The notes beneath the pieces are model-generated. The model did no database searches, was not told the DNA's origin, and saw only the letters and a program-made list of their open reading frames with translations. Below, one piece after another: positions 8,513 to 17,080 of a stretch of 32,000 nt of DNA. Made by a program: the position numbers and the translations under genes. The stretch's first letter is position 1. Each line of letters opens with the position of its first letter. Origin of the DNA: Candidatus Electrothrix sp. GW3-4 (GTDB lineage: Bacteria; Desulfobacterota; Desulfobulbia; Desulfobulbales; Desulfobulbaceae); the NCBI RefSeq assembly GCF_037902255.1, contig NZ_CP147990.1:4320001-4352000 (forward strand). The letters run 5' to 3'.

Positions 8513-9628
8513 ATGATAACACAGCTTGAGATAAAGAACTTCAGAGGCTTCTCTGAGTACAAGATTGAGGATGTCGGGCAGGTTAATCTGCTGGTTGGGA
8601 CAAATAACTGTGGAAAAACTTCGGTTTTGGAAGCTGTTCATCTCCTGAGGTCAAGAGGAGATGCCTCTGTCTTGATTTCTCTCCTTTCTCATCGAGGGGA
8701 ATGGATTCCAAATGAAGAACGAATGCATCGTGATGCAGAAGGAGATTTATGCCGATTATTTCATGGATTCCGTTTGACAGCAAAATCAGCTTTGGTCATC
8801 AGTGCTGCTGATTATGCGATTGAAAGGTTATCGGCTTCTATTAATGAAATTCAAGTAGGTCAGCTCTCTCTGTTCAAAGATTTAGCTGACTCTGTAGGAC
8901 GATACCAACTTGACGTTGAATGGGGCTGGGATCAGGACAGACATAGTAAACAAGAATATCCCATTAGTTCTACAGGAGGCTTGTCTTATAATTATATGAG
9001 AAAGATGTCTCGTGCCAAATTAAGCATAGAAGAAGAAAACTATATAGAGTTCGTACCAGCCTCCTCGCTAGCTCCACAAGAAGTTGTTGCTTTGTTTGAC
9101 AAAATGGTTCTTACGCCGGATGAAGACTTGGTACTGGAAGCCGTAAGAATCATTGAACCGGATATTACTCGACTTGCCTCTCTTGGAGGTAGTGATCGAT
9201 ATTATCCTTTTCGATCTAGGGGCTATACTCGTAACGGCATTGTCGTCAAAAGCAGGAAGTGGGAGGAACGGATACCTATCGGCAGTTTCGGTGACGGCAT
9301 TTGGCGTCTGCTCGGCCTCATTCTCTCCCTTGTCGGCGCAAAAAACGGCACCCTCCTCATAGACGAAATTGATACCGGCCTGCACCACAGCGTGATGTCC
9401 AAGATGTGGAAGCTGATTTGCACCACCGCAAGAAAACTCAACGTGCAGGTCTTCGCCACCACCCACAGCAGCGATTGCTGGAAAATATTGGCTGACAATG
9501 CTGTTGAAGACGAAGTTGCAGATATGCCAATCCGCATTCACCGCATTGACAAGGATAAAAAGAAACCGGAAACCTTCACCAATCAGGAAATGCATCTCGC
9601 CTTGAACAGAGAAATTGAGGTGCGTTGA
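8513..9628 (+). CDS. ABC/SMC-type (AAA_15/AAA_21-like) ATPase, component A of a two-gene candidate defence cassette
   Basis: Walker A is GTNNCGKTS. There is a signature/Q-loop-like SFGDGIWRLLGL, a Walker B LLIDEIDTGLH and a His-switch ATTHS. The N-terminal LEIKNFRGF is typical of OLD/GajA/PtuA/AriA-type ATPases. Confidence 0.85.
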   Translation: MITQLEIKNFRGFSEYKIEDVGQVNLLVGTNNCGKTSVLEAVHLLRSRGDASVLISLLSHRGEWIPNEERMHRDAEGDLCRLFHGFRLTAKSALVISAADYAIERLSASINEIQVGQLSLFKDLADSVGRYQLDVEWGWDQDRHSKQEYPISSTGGLSYNYMRKMSRAKLSIEEENYIEFVPASSLAPQEVVALFDKMVLTPDEDLVLEAVRIIEPDITRLASLGGSDRYYPFRSRGYTRNGIVVKSRKWEERIPIGSFGDGIWRLLGLILSLVGAKNGTLLIDEIDTGLHHSVMSKMWKLICTTARKLNVQVFATTHSSDCWKILADNAVEDEVADMPIRIHRIDKDKKKPETFTNQEMHLALNREIEVR

Positions 9629-10269
9629 TGATTTATGAAAAAGTGCTGCTGGTTGAAGGCGAGGAAGACAAACGGGTCATTCCTGAGCTTGTCGAAGCCA
9701 ATGGCGTGCAATGGGGAGATAAACCAAAAGATCGTATTGTTGAAATTAAGCCGCTTCACGGAATAGAAAAACTCCTCGATAAAAACTTGATCAATATTGA
9801 GCTGAAGGCATCTGGTTTGAAAATACTTGGCATCATTCTTGATGCAGATGAATATCCCTCCAAACGCTGGCAAAGCATCCGCAACTGCCTGATTGAAAGA
9901 ATTCCTGACCTTCCAGAACATCTGCCGCAGTCTGGTCTGATTCATCCCGGAGAAATTAAAGTCGGCGTCTGGATGATGCCGGACAACAGAGAACGGGGAA
10001 TGCTTGAGACCTTTCTCCAATTCCTTCTGCCGGAGAACGGTAAGGAGTTATGGAGATTTTCTGAGCAAAGCTGCCTTCAGGCCAAAAAAGATCAGGGTGC
10101 TTGCTTTAAAGATTGTCACAGTGACAAAGCAAAGATTCATACGTGGTTAGCCTGGCAGAATCCACCGGGGAGACAGCTTCATAACGCCATAACTGAACGC
10201 ATTCTTTCGCCTGCTTCACCACAGGCCTCAGTATTTATGCAGTGGTTCACTGGCCTGTTTGAAGTATGA
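9628..10269 (+). CDS. Small Toprim-like protein (DUF3226/DUF4435/DUF4276-like), component B of the cassette
   Basis: The ATG at 9628 overlaps the TGA of the ATPase gene (tTGATG); the ORF track starts at the TTG at 9625. VLLVEGEEDKRVI (Glu10) and GIILDADE (Asp72/Asp74) match the Toprim E...DxD signature. 213 aa. Confidence 0.7.
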   Translation: MIYEKVLLVEGEEDKRVIPELVEANGVQWGDKPKDRIVEIKPLHGIEKLLDKNLINIELKASGLKILGIILDADEYPSKRWQSIRNCLIERIPDLPEHLPQSGLIHPGEIKVGVWMMPDNRERGMLETFLQFLLPENGKELWRFSEQSCLQAKKDQGACFKDCHSDKAKIHTWLAWQNPPGRQLHNAITERILSPASPQASVFMQWFTGLFEV

Positions 10270-10351
10270 AAGAAGTCTTTCCGTTCTGGACCTGAATGCA
10301 GAGAAACAATGAAACTCTTCCAGAGGTAATATTATCCTGTTCTGGAATGGA

Positions 10352-12499
10352 ATGATGAATAAAGACATATCGTGGCTGGCATCACAGGTGATCTATGAGA
10401 TCTTTCCTGATCGATTTGCGATCGGCAAGAGATACCGCCCTGAGGAAAAGCGTGCCCTGCCCTGTTATGGCAGGGCAACGGACTATGTGGTGCGGGACTG
10501 GCAGGCGCGGCCCAACCCCTTAACCGGGACCAAGGAGTTTTTTGGCGGCGACCTGTACGGGATTATTGACCGCCTGAATTACCTGCAGGACCTTGGCGTT
10601 ACCATCTTATACCTCACCCCTCTCTTTTTCGCCCCTTCCAACCATAAGTACGATACCACGGATTTTCTCGAGATTGATGAACAGTTCGGCGGCAAGGAAG
10701 CCTTGGTGGAACTGATTCATGCGCTCCATGCGCGCAAGATGTATCTTTTTCTTGACATCGCCTTTAATCACATCAGTGATACCCATCCCTGGTTCATCGC
10801 TGCTACCCGCAATGAGCAGCCGTACAGGAATTTCTTTATCCCCTCGGCTGGGTTCCTGGACGATGAGTTTCGCTTCCCGGACGCCCCTGATTTTTCTCTG
10901 GATGAGTTTCAAGGGCTATTCTCTGTTGAAGGCTTATGCAAGGCCATCGCAAGCCATGGTGTAAGGCCGTTGCCAGCCCCTGCAAAAGGGGGAGAATGGC
11001 TCAAGATCGATTGGCTGAATACGCTGCTCACGGACCATGGGCTCTATCAAGAACTGCTGAGCTCTGCCCAGGTCTGGAAGAGCAAGGCGGAGGAGAAGGG
11101 CGCTTTTGAGAAACTGCGCGTGCAATACGAGAAGACGGGCCATAAGGAGGATCTCAAAAGCGTCGTTCGCTTCCTTATGGAACGAGCCTATCCTGGGGAA
11201 ACGCCCAAGGTTCAGGACAGACCTTTGGTGAAACGACTCTGTGGAAAAATAAGGGCAGACTTTGATGGCATCATTGAGGGCATCGTTACAGTTCCCGAGA
11301 ACAGCGTGGCCTGGCTTAATGCCTTTATCCAGATCCCTGATCTTTACGAGCAGATCATCGTCAACAAGGGCAAGACCCTTGACCAGACAATCCAAGCCAC
11401 CCTTGAGACCCTCAAGGCGAAGTATGACAAGTCGCAAGGTGCAGCTGAGCTGGCAAGGCTCAACCGCTCTCTGCTGGAGGCCTTGTATCCCCAGGAAACA
11501 CCGATGAGCTATCAGGCCTGGCAGGGCTACCAGCCCATGCCTGAGCTCAATCTCATGGAGAGGGAGCTCCAGGGGCGGCTGTACCGTCATGAGGACAGCG
11601 TGCTGCAGCACTATCTCCGCTTGGGCGTGGATGGCTTCCGTTTTGATGCGGCCAATGATGTGGGACTCAAGACCATAGAAGATATCCGCCAGGCCCTGCA
11701 CGAGCGCTTCCCTCATGCCGTTTTTATAGGTGAACTGACCACCTATGCGGGTGACTGGATTGATCAGGAGCGCAGGTTTCATGGGGTCATGAATTATTAC
11801 CTCCATGGTGCCTTGTCTGCCTGGCTCAAGGGCGAGATCTCCTCCCTGCAGGTGAACCTTACGGTCAATGAGTACTACCAGGGATATGGCCGAGAAGGGG
11901 CCCTTTGCTCCTGGAATATTCTCTCGAGCCACGACACGGCCCGCCTGAAGACCTTGTTCTCCGACGAGAAGGTGCGAACCCTTGCCCTTATCTCCCAGTT
12001 TACCCTTCCTGGCCTGCCCTTTATCTATTATGGGGAAGAGATTGGCATGGAAGGCGGACCAGACCCGGACTGCCGGCGTCCCATGGTCTGGGACGAAACC
12101 CTGTGGGATAGCAGTACCTTGGCCCTGTACCGAAGACTCCTTGCAATTAGGCAGGAGAGGGCGGAACTGCGAGAGGGGCGCTTTACGATGCTGGGCCATA
12201 AAATGGTTTCAGATGCCCTTGCCTTTCTCCGCTATACGGAAAAAATTAATGAAGTTGCCCTGGTGGTGATCAACAGAAGCTGCGCCCCCTTACAGGAACG
12301 GGTCTTTCTCCCCCATGCCCATCTCTATCAAGGACTACGTCTCAAAGACCTCCTCGCTCCTGCGCAGACCTTTGCCATAGAGTCTGGTGGCAGTATTGCC
12401 TTGGATATACCTGCTCAGGCAGCAGCCATTCTGGTGCCGGATGACACCGCCTTTGTCAATTATGATTTTTATAAGGCCCGAAGTCTGGCTGCGCAGTAA
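10352..12499 (+). CDS. GH13 alpha-amylase-family glycoside hydrolase with a roughly 200+ aa insertion in the domain-B position
   Basis: Conserved region I is DIAFNH (aa 135-140). Region II is GVDGFRFDAANDV (aa 425-437). Region III is FIGELT. Region IV is LSSHDTAR. About 290 aa separate regions I and II, compared with the roughly 60-100 aa I recall as usual. Confidence 0.85.
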   Translation: MMNKDISWLASQVIYEIFPDRFAIGKRYRPEEKRALPCYGRATDYVVRDWQARPNPLTGTKEFFGGDLYGIIDRLNYLQDLGVTILYLTPLFFAPSNHKYDTTDFLEIDEQFGGKEALVELIHALHARKMYLFLDIAFNHISDTHPWFIAATRNEQPYRNFFIPSAGFLDDEFRFPDAPDFSLDEFQGLFSVEGLCKAIASHGVRPLPAPAKGGEWLKIDWLNTLLTDHGLYQELLSSAQVWKSKAEEKGAFEKLRVQYEKTGHKEDLKSVVRFLMERAYPGETPKVQDRPLVKRLCGKIRADFDGIIEGIVTVPENSVAWLNAFIQIPDLYEQIIVNKGKTLDQTIQATLETLKAKYDKSQGAAELARLNRSLLEALYPQETPMSYQAWQGYQPMPELNLMERELQGRLYRHEDSVLQHYLRLGVDGFRFDAANDVGLKTIEDIRQALHERFPHAVFIGELTTYAGDWIDQERRFHGVMNYYLHGALSAWLKGEISSLQVNLTVNEYYQGYGREGALCSWNILSSHDTARLKTLFSDEKVRTLALISQFTLPGLPFIYYGEEIGMEGGPDPDCRRPMVWDETLWDSSTLALYRRLLAIRQERAELREGRFTMLGHKMVSDALAFLRYTEKINEVALVVINRSCAPLQERVFLPHAHLYQGLRLKDLLAPAQTFAIESGGSIALDIPAQAAAILVPDDTAFVNYDFYKARSLAAQ

Positions 12500-12581
12500 G
12501 AAAGAGAGAGCTCGTTGGGGCGTGAGCAGCTGATACCCTAGCAGGGGCCTTACCTTTGTCCCTCAGCTGGGGGGCAAATTC

Positions 12582-13475
12582 TCAACGCAATGCAAAACGG
12601 ACAGGGACCTTCACCCACATGGATTGGGCTCTGCCTCCCACCGTCCCAGGAGAAAAGCGCCATCCTCGCACGGCCTTTAGGGCCGCCTTATCAAGAACGG
12701 CATGGCCGCTGCTGGCCAGGAGCTGCAATGCACTGACCCTGCCCTCTGCATCAACCCTGGCCTCAAGCATGACCACCCCTTCAAGCCCGCGCCTTCTCGC
12801 CATGCGGGGGTATTCCGGCGGTGGATTGGTCTTATAGAGGGGGGCTGCTTCCCGGACCACACCGGTGTTGGCTGGTGCTGTTCGGGGCATTGGCCTGATC
12901 GGGGTGGATGAGACCACCTGTCGTGTCCTGCTGACCGGAGGACGGCGAATGGGGTGGCTGCGCACCGGTTGCTGATGCGTTTGGCGAGAGGTTATTGTCC
13001 TGCGCAGAACGGGCTGCTGCCTGGGGCGTACCGACGTTTGAACACGGCTCGGTTCAGGCCTCTTCACCGGTTGCACAGCCAAGGGTTTGATCGTTTGCCG
13101 AATGACCGGGGCAAGCTTGGGGAGTGACGGAAGAGCAGTAGCAATCTTTTTTCCGGGTTTGAGCTGGAGCGGTCGGACCGCGTGGTGCTGTACCGGTGCG
13201 ATCTTGGGCAAGGCAGGCACCTTTTGCACAATCTTCTGCAGCGGTTCAGGCTTTGCTTTCGGCATTACGGGGCGGATCGGTTGATGCTCCTCCTGAACAA
13301 TCTCTTGCATCGGCGGCAGAGGAGGGGCAAGTCGCTTCAGGCTGACAGAGATCTTCTGGGGCAGGGGCTTGGGGCGCAGGGGCTGCGGCTGTTGCATCCG
13401 CCAGGAGAGCAGGGCCCCATGCAAGGTGATGGTGAGGAGGATTGCAGGGACCAGCCGCTGCCTTGCTTCGTTCAC
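12582..13475 (-). CDS. tonB: TonB family energy transducer
   Basis: N-terminal TM anchor, a long Pro-rich spacer, and a C-terminal TonB domain (PPEYPRMARRRGLEGVVMLEARVDAEGRV...AALKAVRGWRFSPG). The start overlaps the exbD stop by 4 nt. Confidence 0.88.
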   Translation of the reverse strand: MNEARQRLVPAILLTITLHGALLSWRMQQPQPLRPKPLPQKISVSLKRLAPPLPPMQEIVQEEHQPIRPVMPKAKPEPLQKIVQKVPALPKIAPVQHHAVRPLQLKPGKKIATALPSLPKLAPVIRQTIKPLAVQPVKRPEPSRVQTSVRPRQQPVLRRTITSRQTHQQPVRSHPIRRPPVSRTRQVVSSTPIRPMPRTAPANTGVVREAAPLYKTNPPPEYPRMARRRGLEGVVMLEARVDAEGRVSALQLLASSGHAVLDKAALKAVRGWRFSPGTVGGRAQSMWVKVPVRFALR

Positions 13476-13900
13476 TGCGTTACTCCCTCTGTCTCTGCTT
13501 GGAGAGAAATATTGGTCAGGCCAGCTAACCGAACCCGATCTAAGACTTGAAAAAGCTCCTGATAGGAAACCGATTTATCGGCAAAGATCTGGACATCAGG
13601 GCCCTTCTCCATATCTTCTTTCTTCTTTCCTGCAAGCATCTGCTCAAGCTGGGGGAGTTCCACCGGCTTTTCATCGACAAAGAGCTTCAGGATGCCGTTC
13701 TGATTCTGGATGGTGACACTGACCGCCTCTGCCGTCTCCAGGCCCGCCGTGCCGGATTCCGGCAGGTCCACCTGTTGACCCCGGTGCACGGCCATGGACA
13801 GCATGGCATAGATAAAAAAGACCAGCAGAAGAAAGACAATGTCGATCAGGGGCAACATTTCCACCCGGGGGGAGGTCATGGTCCGGTTCGTCAGTTTCAT
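13472..13900 (-). CDS. exbD: ExbD/TolR biopolymer transport protein
   Basis: 142 aa. Has the N-terminal motif MLPLIDIVFLLLVFFI followed by a periplasmic domain. Translationally coupled to both exbB and tonB. Confidence 0.88.
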   Translation of the reverse strand: MKLTNRTMTSPRVEMLPLIDIVFLLLVFFIYAMLSMAVHRGQQVDLPESGTAGLETAEAVSVTIQNQNGILKLFVDEKPVELPQLEQMLAGKKKEDMEKGPDVQIFADKSVSYQELFQVLDRVRLAGLTNISLQAETEGVTQ

Positions 13901-14511
13901 TTGCTCCCCTCCGCCTGCATCCTTCGGTAGCCTACCTCCAGTCGGGTGGCATATTTCTCCATGAGATGGGTCGCATTTTCAATCCGGCTCTTAAAATAAT
14001 TATAGGGAAAGACAGTGAAAATAGAGATGGTCAGGCCAGTAGCTGTGGTAATCAGGGCCTGGGCAATACCACCGGTCACCAGTTTGGGATCAGCCATGCC
14101 CGTGCTGCCGAGCATCTTAAAGGAAGAGATAATCCCGATCACCGTGCCAAGGATCCCCAGGAGTGGAGCCACCGTAATCATGGTGTCCAGCACGGTCATA
14201 AACTGGGACATCTTTTTCAGCAGATGCTGGGCCTCCGCTTCCATCGCCTTACTCATATCATAGTCCCGGTGCAGGATGCCGACCTTGAGCACCCGGACGA
14301 TGGCATCATTACTGTCTGCTGTTTTCTCTTCAATTTGTTGCCAATCCATGCTTTCGGCAACGGTGAGCACTTCATCGCGCAGGGCCCGGTTGCGCCGACG
14401 GACCATCCCTGTCCAGAACAGGCTGCGTTCCAGGATGATGGTCAGGACAATGAGCGAACAGGCGAGCAGCGGCCACATGACTAGGCCGCCGTTATGTATA
14501 ATTTCCAACAT
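13897..14511 (-). CDS. exbB: MotA/TolQ/ExbB proton-channel protein
   Basis: 204 aa with three TM segments. Conserved C-terminal region: APLLGILGTVIGII...GGIAQALITTATGL. Confidence 0.88.
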   Translation of the reverse strand: MLEIIHNGGLVMWPLLACSLIVLTIILERSLFWTGMVRRRNRALRDEVLTVAESMDWQQIEEKTADSNDAIVRVLKVGILHRDYDMSKAMEAEAQHLLKKMSQFMTVLDTMITVAPLLGILGTVIGIISSFKMLGSTGMADPKLVTGGIAQALITTATGLTISIFTVFPYNYFKSRIENATHLMEKYATRLEVGYRRMQAEGSK

Positions 14512-14739
14512 AGTAACCTTTCATTATGCGTTGTTAGGGCGATGAAAAAATGACAGCAGGCATTCGGACTGACGACAACGAATCGTTAAGAGGAAACCGG
14601 TCGTTGTCATTTCCAGACAACCTAAACCATATTGGGCTTCCTGGACAATGGGGCGGAAGACTCATTTTTCCGGGAGGATTTCCCGGGCTCCGGGCAAGCT
14701 GCTGTCTCCAAAAAGGCTTTGAGATAAAGAGCAGCCTTG

Positions 14740-15600
14740 TTACCTCTTCAGGGGATTACGAAATTCCGGGTGGATCAGGCCAGCCATAATGGAGAGTGTT
14801 TCCGCAAAGGTAACTGGCGAGGGACTGCAGGCCAGGTCTGGGCTGACCACATGGACCTGCTGGTTTTGCACAGCGCTGAGCATGGGAAAGCCCTCCCATT
14901 TCTTTTTTTCCTCCTGGGCAATCCCGGTCTCACTGCCCATCATGGCAATGATGATGACCTCAGGATTCTTCACCAGCACCTTTTCATAGCTGACGGTGCC
15001 CCTCTTCTGTTCACCGATGACGTTGATTCCATTGCTCAGGGCGATAAAATCATGGGTAAAGGAGTTCTGCGCTGCCCCGAAAAGGGGGCGGGAGCCGATC
15101 TGGAGAAAGACCTTCTTCTGAGGAAGCGGAGCAACAGCGGTCCGTACTGCTGCCACCTTTTTCTCTGCTTCCCGAATGACCTCCTCAGCCCGCTCCTCCA
15201 GGCCGAGCAGCTGGCCGAGCCGGAGAAACTGCGCACAGATCTCGGCAAAGGAGGCAGATTGTGGAAACAGCTCCACCCGCAGGCCGAGTTCCTGAAACTT
15301 TTTGAGTTGGATGGGGGAGGTCAGGCCGGTGGCCAGGATCAGGTCCGGGCGCAGGCTGAGGATCTTTTCAATGGAGACCTGCATCACCGAACCGACCTTT
15401 TCTTTGGCCTTGGCAGCCTCTGGTCGGACGCAGTAGTTGGTATTGCCGACCAGGCGACCCTCCGCCCCAAGGAGGTAGACATTTTCCGTGTTGATAGGCC
15501 CCAGGGAGACGATGCGCTGGGGGAAATTGTTTGCCTCGGCCTGTTCAGGCACCGGCGCAAGGCAGAGCAGCAGGCTGAGAAAAAGAAGGTATCTGGTCAT
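14740..15600 (-). CDS. Periplasmic substrate-binding protein of the cobalamin/siderophore (BtuF-like, type III PBP) class
   Basis: ORF 14740..15708. I prefer the ATG at 15600, which gives a signal peptide MTRYLLFLSLLLCLAPVPEQAEA. RIVSLGPINTENVYLLGAEGRLVG is typical of the family. A cobalamin riboswitch lies directly upstream. Confidence 0.8.
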   Translation of the reverse strand: MTRYLLFLSLLLCLAPVPEQAEANNFPQRIVSLGPINTENVYLLGAEGRLVGNTNYCVRPEAAKAKEKVGSVMQVSIEKILSLRPDLILATGLTSPIQLKKFQELGLRVELFPQSASFAEICAQFLRLGQLLGLEERAEEVIREAEKKVAAVRTAVAPLPQKKVFLQIGSRPLFGAAQNSFTHDFIALSNGINVIGEQKRGTVSYEKVLVKNPEVIIIAMMGSETGIAQEEKKKWEGFPMLSAVQNQQVHVVSPDLACSPSPVTFAETLSIMAGLIHPEFRNPLKR

Positions 15601-15640
15601 GATTTTTATAAAAAGACGAGAAAGTTTACTGGCAGGCAGG

Positions 15641-15682
15641 CAAAAAAAATCCCCGAATCTGTATACGTATACAGATCCGGGG
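15641..15682 (-). terminator. Intrinsic terminator of the riboswitch expression platform
   Basis: The minus strand reads CCCCGGATCTGTATAC/GTATACAGATTCGGGG, a roughly 16-bp stem with one G-U pair. It is followed by A and then T8. It lies between the aptamer and the btuF-like start codon. Confidence 0.8.
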
Positions 15683-15791
15683 ATGCCCTGTTTAATCCAC
15701 GAATACACATCAGCCGAGCCTTCTTTACCATGAAGGCGGACTTTGCTCAGCAGCGCTGCGTCTCCGGTAGGCTTGAACTGACAGCGTTATT

Positions 15792-15948
15792 TTCAGACAG
15801 GTCTTCTGACTCCCGGATCATCCTTTGGTTGCGCCTTCCCGCATGAATCATGCAGTGGCATTGTGCAGCCTTTGTCCCCGGTTACAGCGGCGGGCCCGTC
15901 CCGGATTCGCACCGGGTTCCCTATTAAGCTCAGTGAGGAGCATCTGAA
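15792..15948 (-). promoter_or_regulatory. Cobalamin (B12) riboswitch aptamer
   Basis: The minus strand reads TTCAGA...AATAGGGAACCCGGTGCGAATCCGGGACGGGCCCGCCGCTGTAACCGGGGACAA...GCCACTG...GGGAAGGCG...GAGTCAGAAGACCTGTCTGAA. This contains the conserved GGGAA/GGTG-AATCC/CCCGC-CTGTAA core, GCCACTG, and the B12 box. The P1 stem is TTCAGA/TCTGAA. Confidence 0.9.
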
Positions 15949-16324
15949 GTATGGCAGGTAGATTACCTGAAACATAATACTACTGTCAAGAAGATGCGAA
16001 TAAATCTGTCCGGGTTCTGGAATGTATGCTCACCTGTTGATCCTGAGCATGCTGGGACATGTTACGAATGCGAGGTTTCCTGTGAAAGGGAAGCAGAAGG
16101 GTGGAAGGTGCGGGACAAGTCGGATTGTGGACAATCCCTCTTCGCAACTACCCCATAACGGCTGCGCGGTTTGAGTTTGGGGGTGTGATGCCGGGATGGG
16201 TACTTTTTTCCATTGTAACAGTGAATTTATCCTTGCTTTGTGAGTGGTTTTATGTTTATCGTCAGAATTATTGACGATTCCTGGGATATACTGAGAAACC
16301 TAGTACAGCGCGGCGCAAATAACC

Positions 16325-17080
16325 CTATGCTTTTAACGGCAACCCATTAAATGTCCATTTGTATGGTTTTGCCATTGTCGCATTAAAGTAATCAATAAAG
16401 TCGAGCAATTTGCTCCTGAGATCTTTTTTTGATGTAAAATTACCTCTTTTAATGATTTTCTTAGTAAGAATACCAAACCAAATTTCTACTTGATTGAGCC
16501 ATGAACAGTGTTTTGGGGTATAAACAAAGCGAATTGCATGGTCTTTCTTCCTGAGAAATTCGGCTCTGCTTTTCATTGATTTCAAAATGCCTTGTTTCCC
16601 TTTGACGCCTAAATTATCTTTTATTTCGCATAATTCACTGACCAACTTGACAAGTGATTCCGACTTATGAGTATTGAGCTGATCAGCCACAAAGACCCAC
16701 TCCCGAGTTTCCGGATCGCTTAATATAAGGCTTCGAATATGTTCGCAAAAATCATGTTCGTCCCGAGTGTCTCCTATGCTGGGAGAGACGACTTCACCGG
16801 TCACTACGTCAAAGTTTGCAATGAGCGAGAGTGTTCCGTGCCTGATGTACTCAAACTCAATCCGCTCCGGCTTTCCCGGCTCTATCTTTTTTGTCGGATT
16901 TTTCCTCTCAAGAGCCTGTATTCCGGTATTTTCATCAATACTGATGGTTCGCCTGCCGTTTATTACCGCCTTTCGGGGAGCTTCGTGGTATGTTTCACAG
17001 ACATCTTTCACTTCTAAAACAAACAGTTCTTCATTGTCATGATTGGGATTGAGCCAATACCGACTATGATGAGGTTTCAC
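16325..17080 (-). CDS. IS630-family transposase, DDE catalytic part (orfB)
   Basis: 251 aa. Contains ISIDENTGIQA (first D), VFVADQLNTHKS (second D) and HCSWLNQVEIWFGIL (E region), as in DDE_3/IS630-Tc1 transposases. This frame is open from the A-run and overlaps orfA. Confidence 0.8.
   Translation of the reverse strand: MKPHHSRYWLNPNHDNEELFVLEVKDVCETYHEAPRKAVINGRRTISIDENTGIQALERKNPTKKIEPGKPERIEFEYIRHGTLSLIANFDVVTGEVVSPSIGDTRDEHDFCEHIRSLILSDPETREWVFVADQLNTHKSESLVKLVSELCEIKDNLGVKGKQGILKSMKSRAEFLRKKDHAIRFVYTPKHCSWLNQVEIWFGILTKKIIKRGNFTSKKDLRSKLLDFIDYFNATMAKPYKWTFNGLPLKA

Noticed and set aside
10335-10345. The 11-mer gttctggaatg shared between the GH13 upstream region (10335-10345) and 16014-16024. 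A related gttctggacctgaatg occurs at 10283-10298.
   Set aside because: Exact 11-mer coincidences are expected many times over by chance in a 32-kb window compared against itself. No extended similarity surrounds the matches.
10934-12199. Long antisense ORFs opposite clearly assigned genes. They are 10934..12199(-) versus GH13, 22817..24001(-) versus atpA, 18377..19456(-) versus atpD, 14737..15846(+) versus btuF-like, and 3799..4758(+) versus purH-like.
   Set aside because: Each lies entirely opposite a gene with strong family motifs. Each has an Arg/Gly/His-rich low-information composition with no recognisable motif. This is the typical shadow-ORF artefact of GC-rich coding DNA.
15955-15989. 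A candidate sigma70 promoter for the riboswitch (minus-strand TTGACA at 15984-15989).
   Set aside because: The -35 hexamer is perfect, but the best -10 candidates at 17-18 nt spacing (GTAATC, TAATCT) match the consensus poorly. It is not supported well enough to list as a feature.
15994-16158. A 54-codon Cys-rich ORF (MRINLSGFWNVCSPVDPEHAGTCYECEVSCEREAEGWKVRDKSDCGQSLFATTP) between the riboswitch and the IS element.
   Set aside because: It has no properly spaced Shine-Dalgarno sequence, is short, and has no recognisable family. The CxxC alone is insufficient evidence. Ribosome profiling could revive it.
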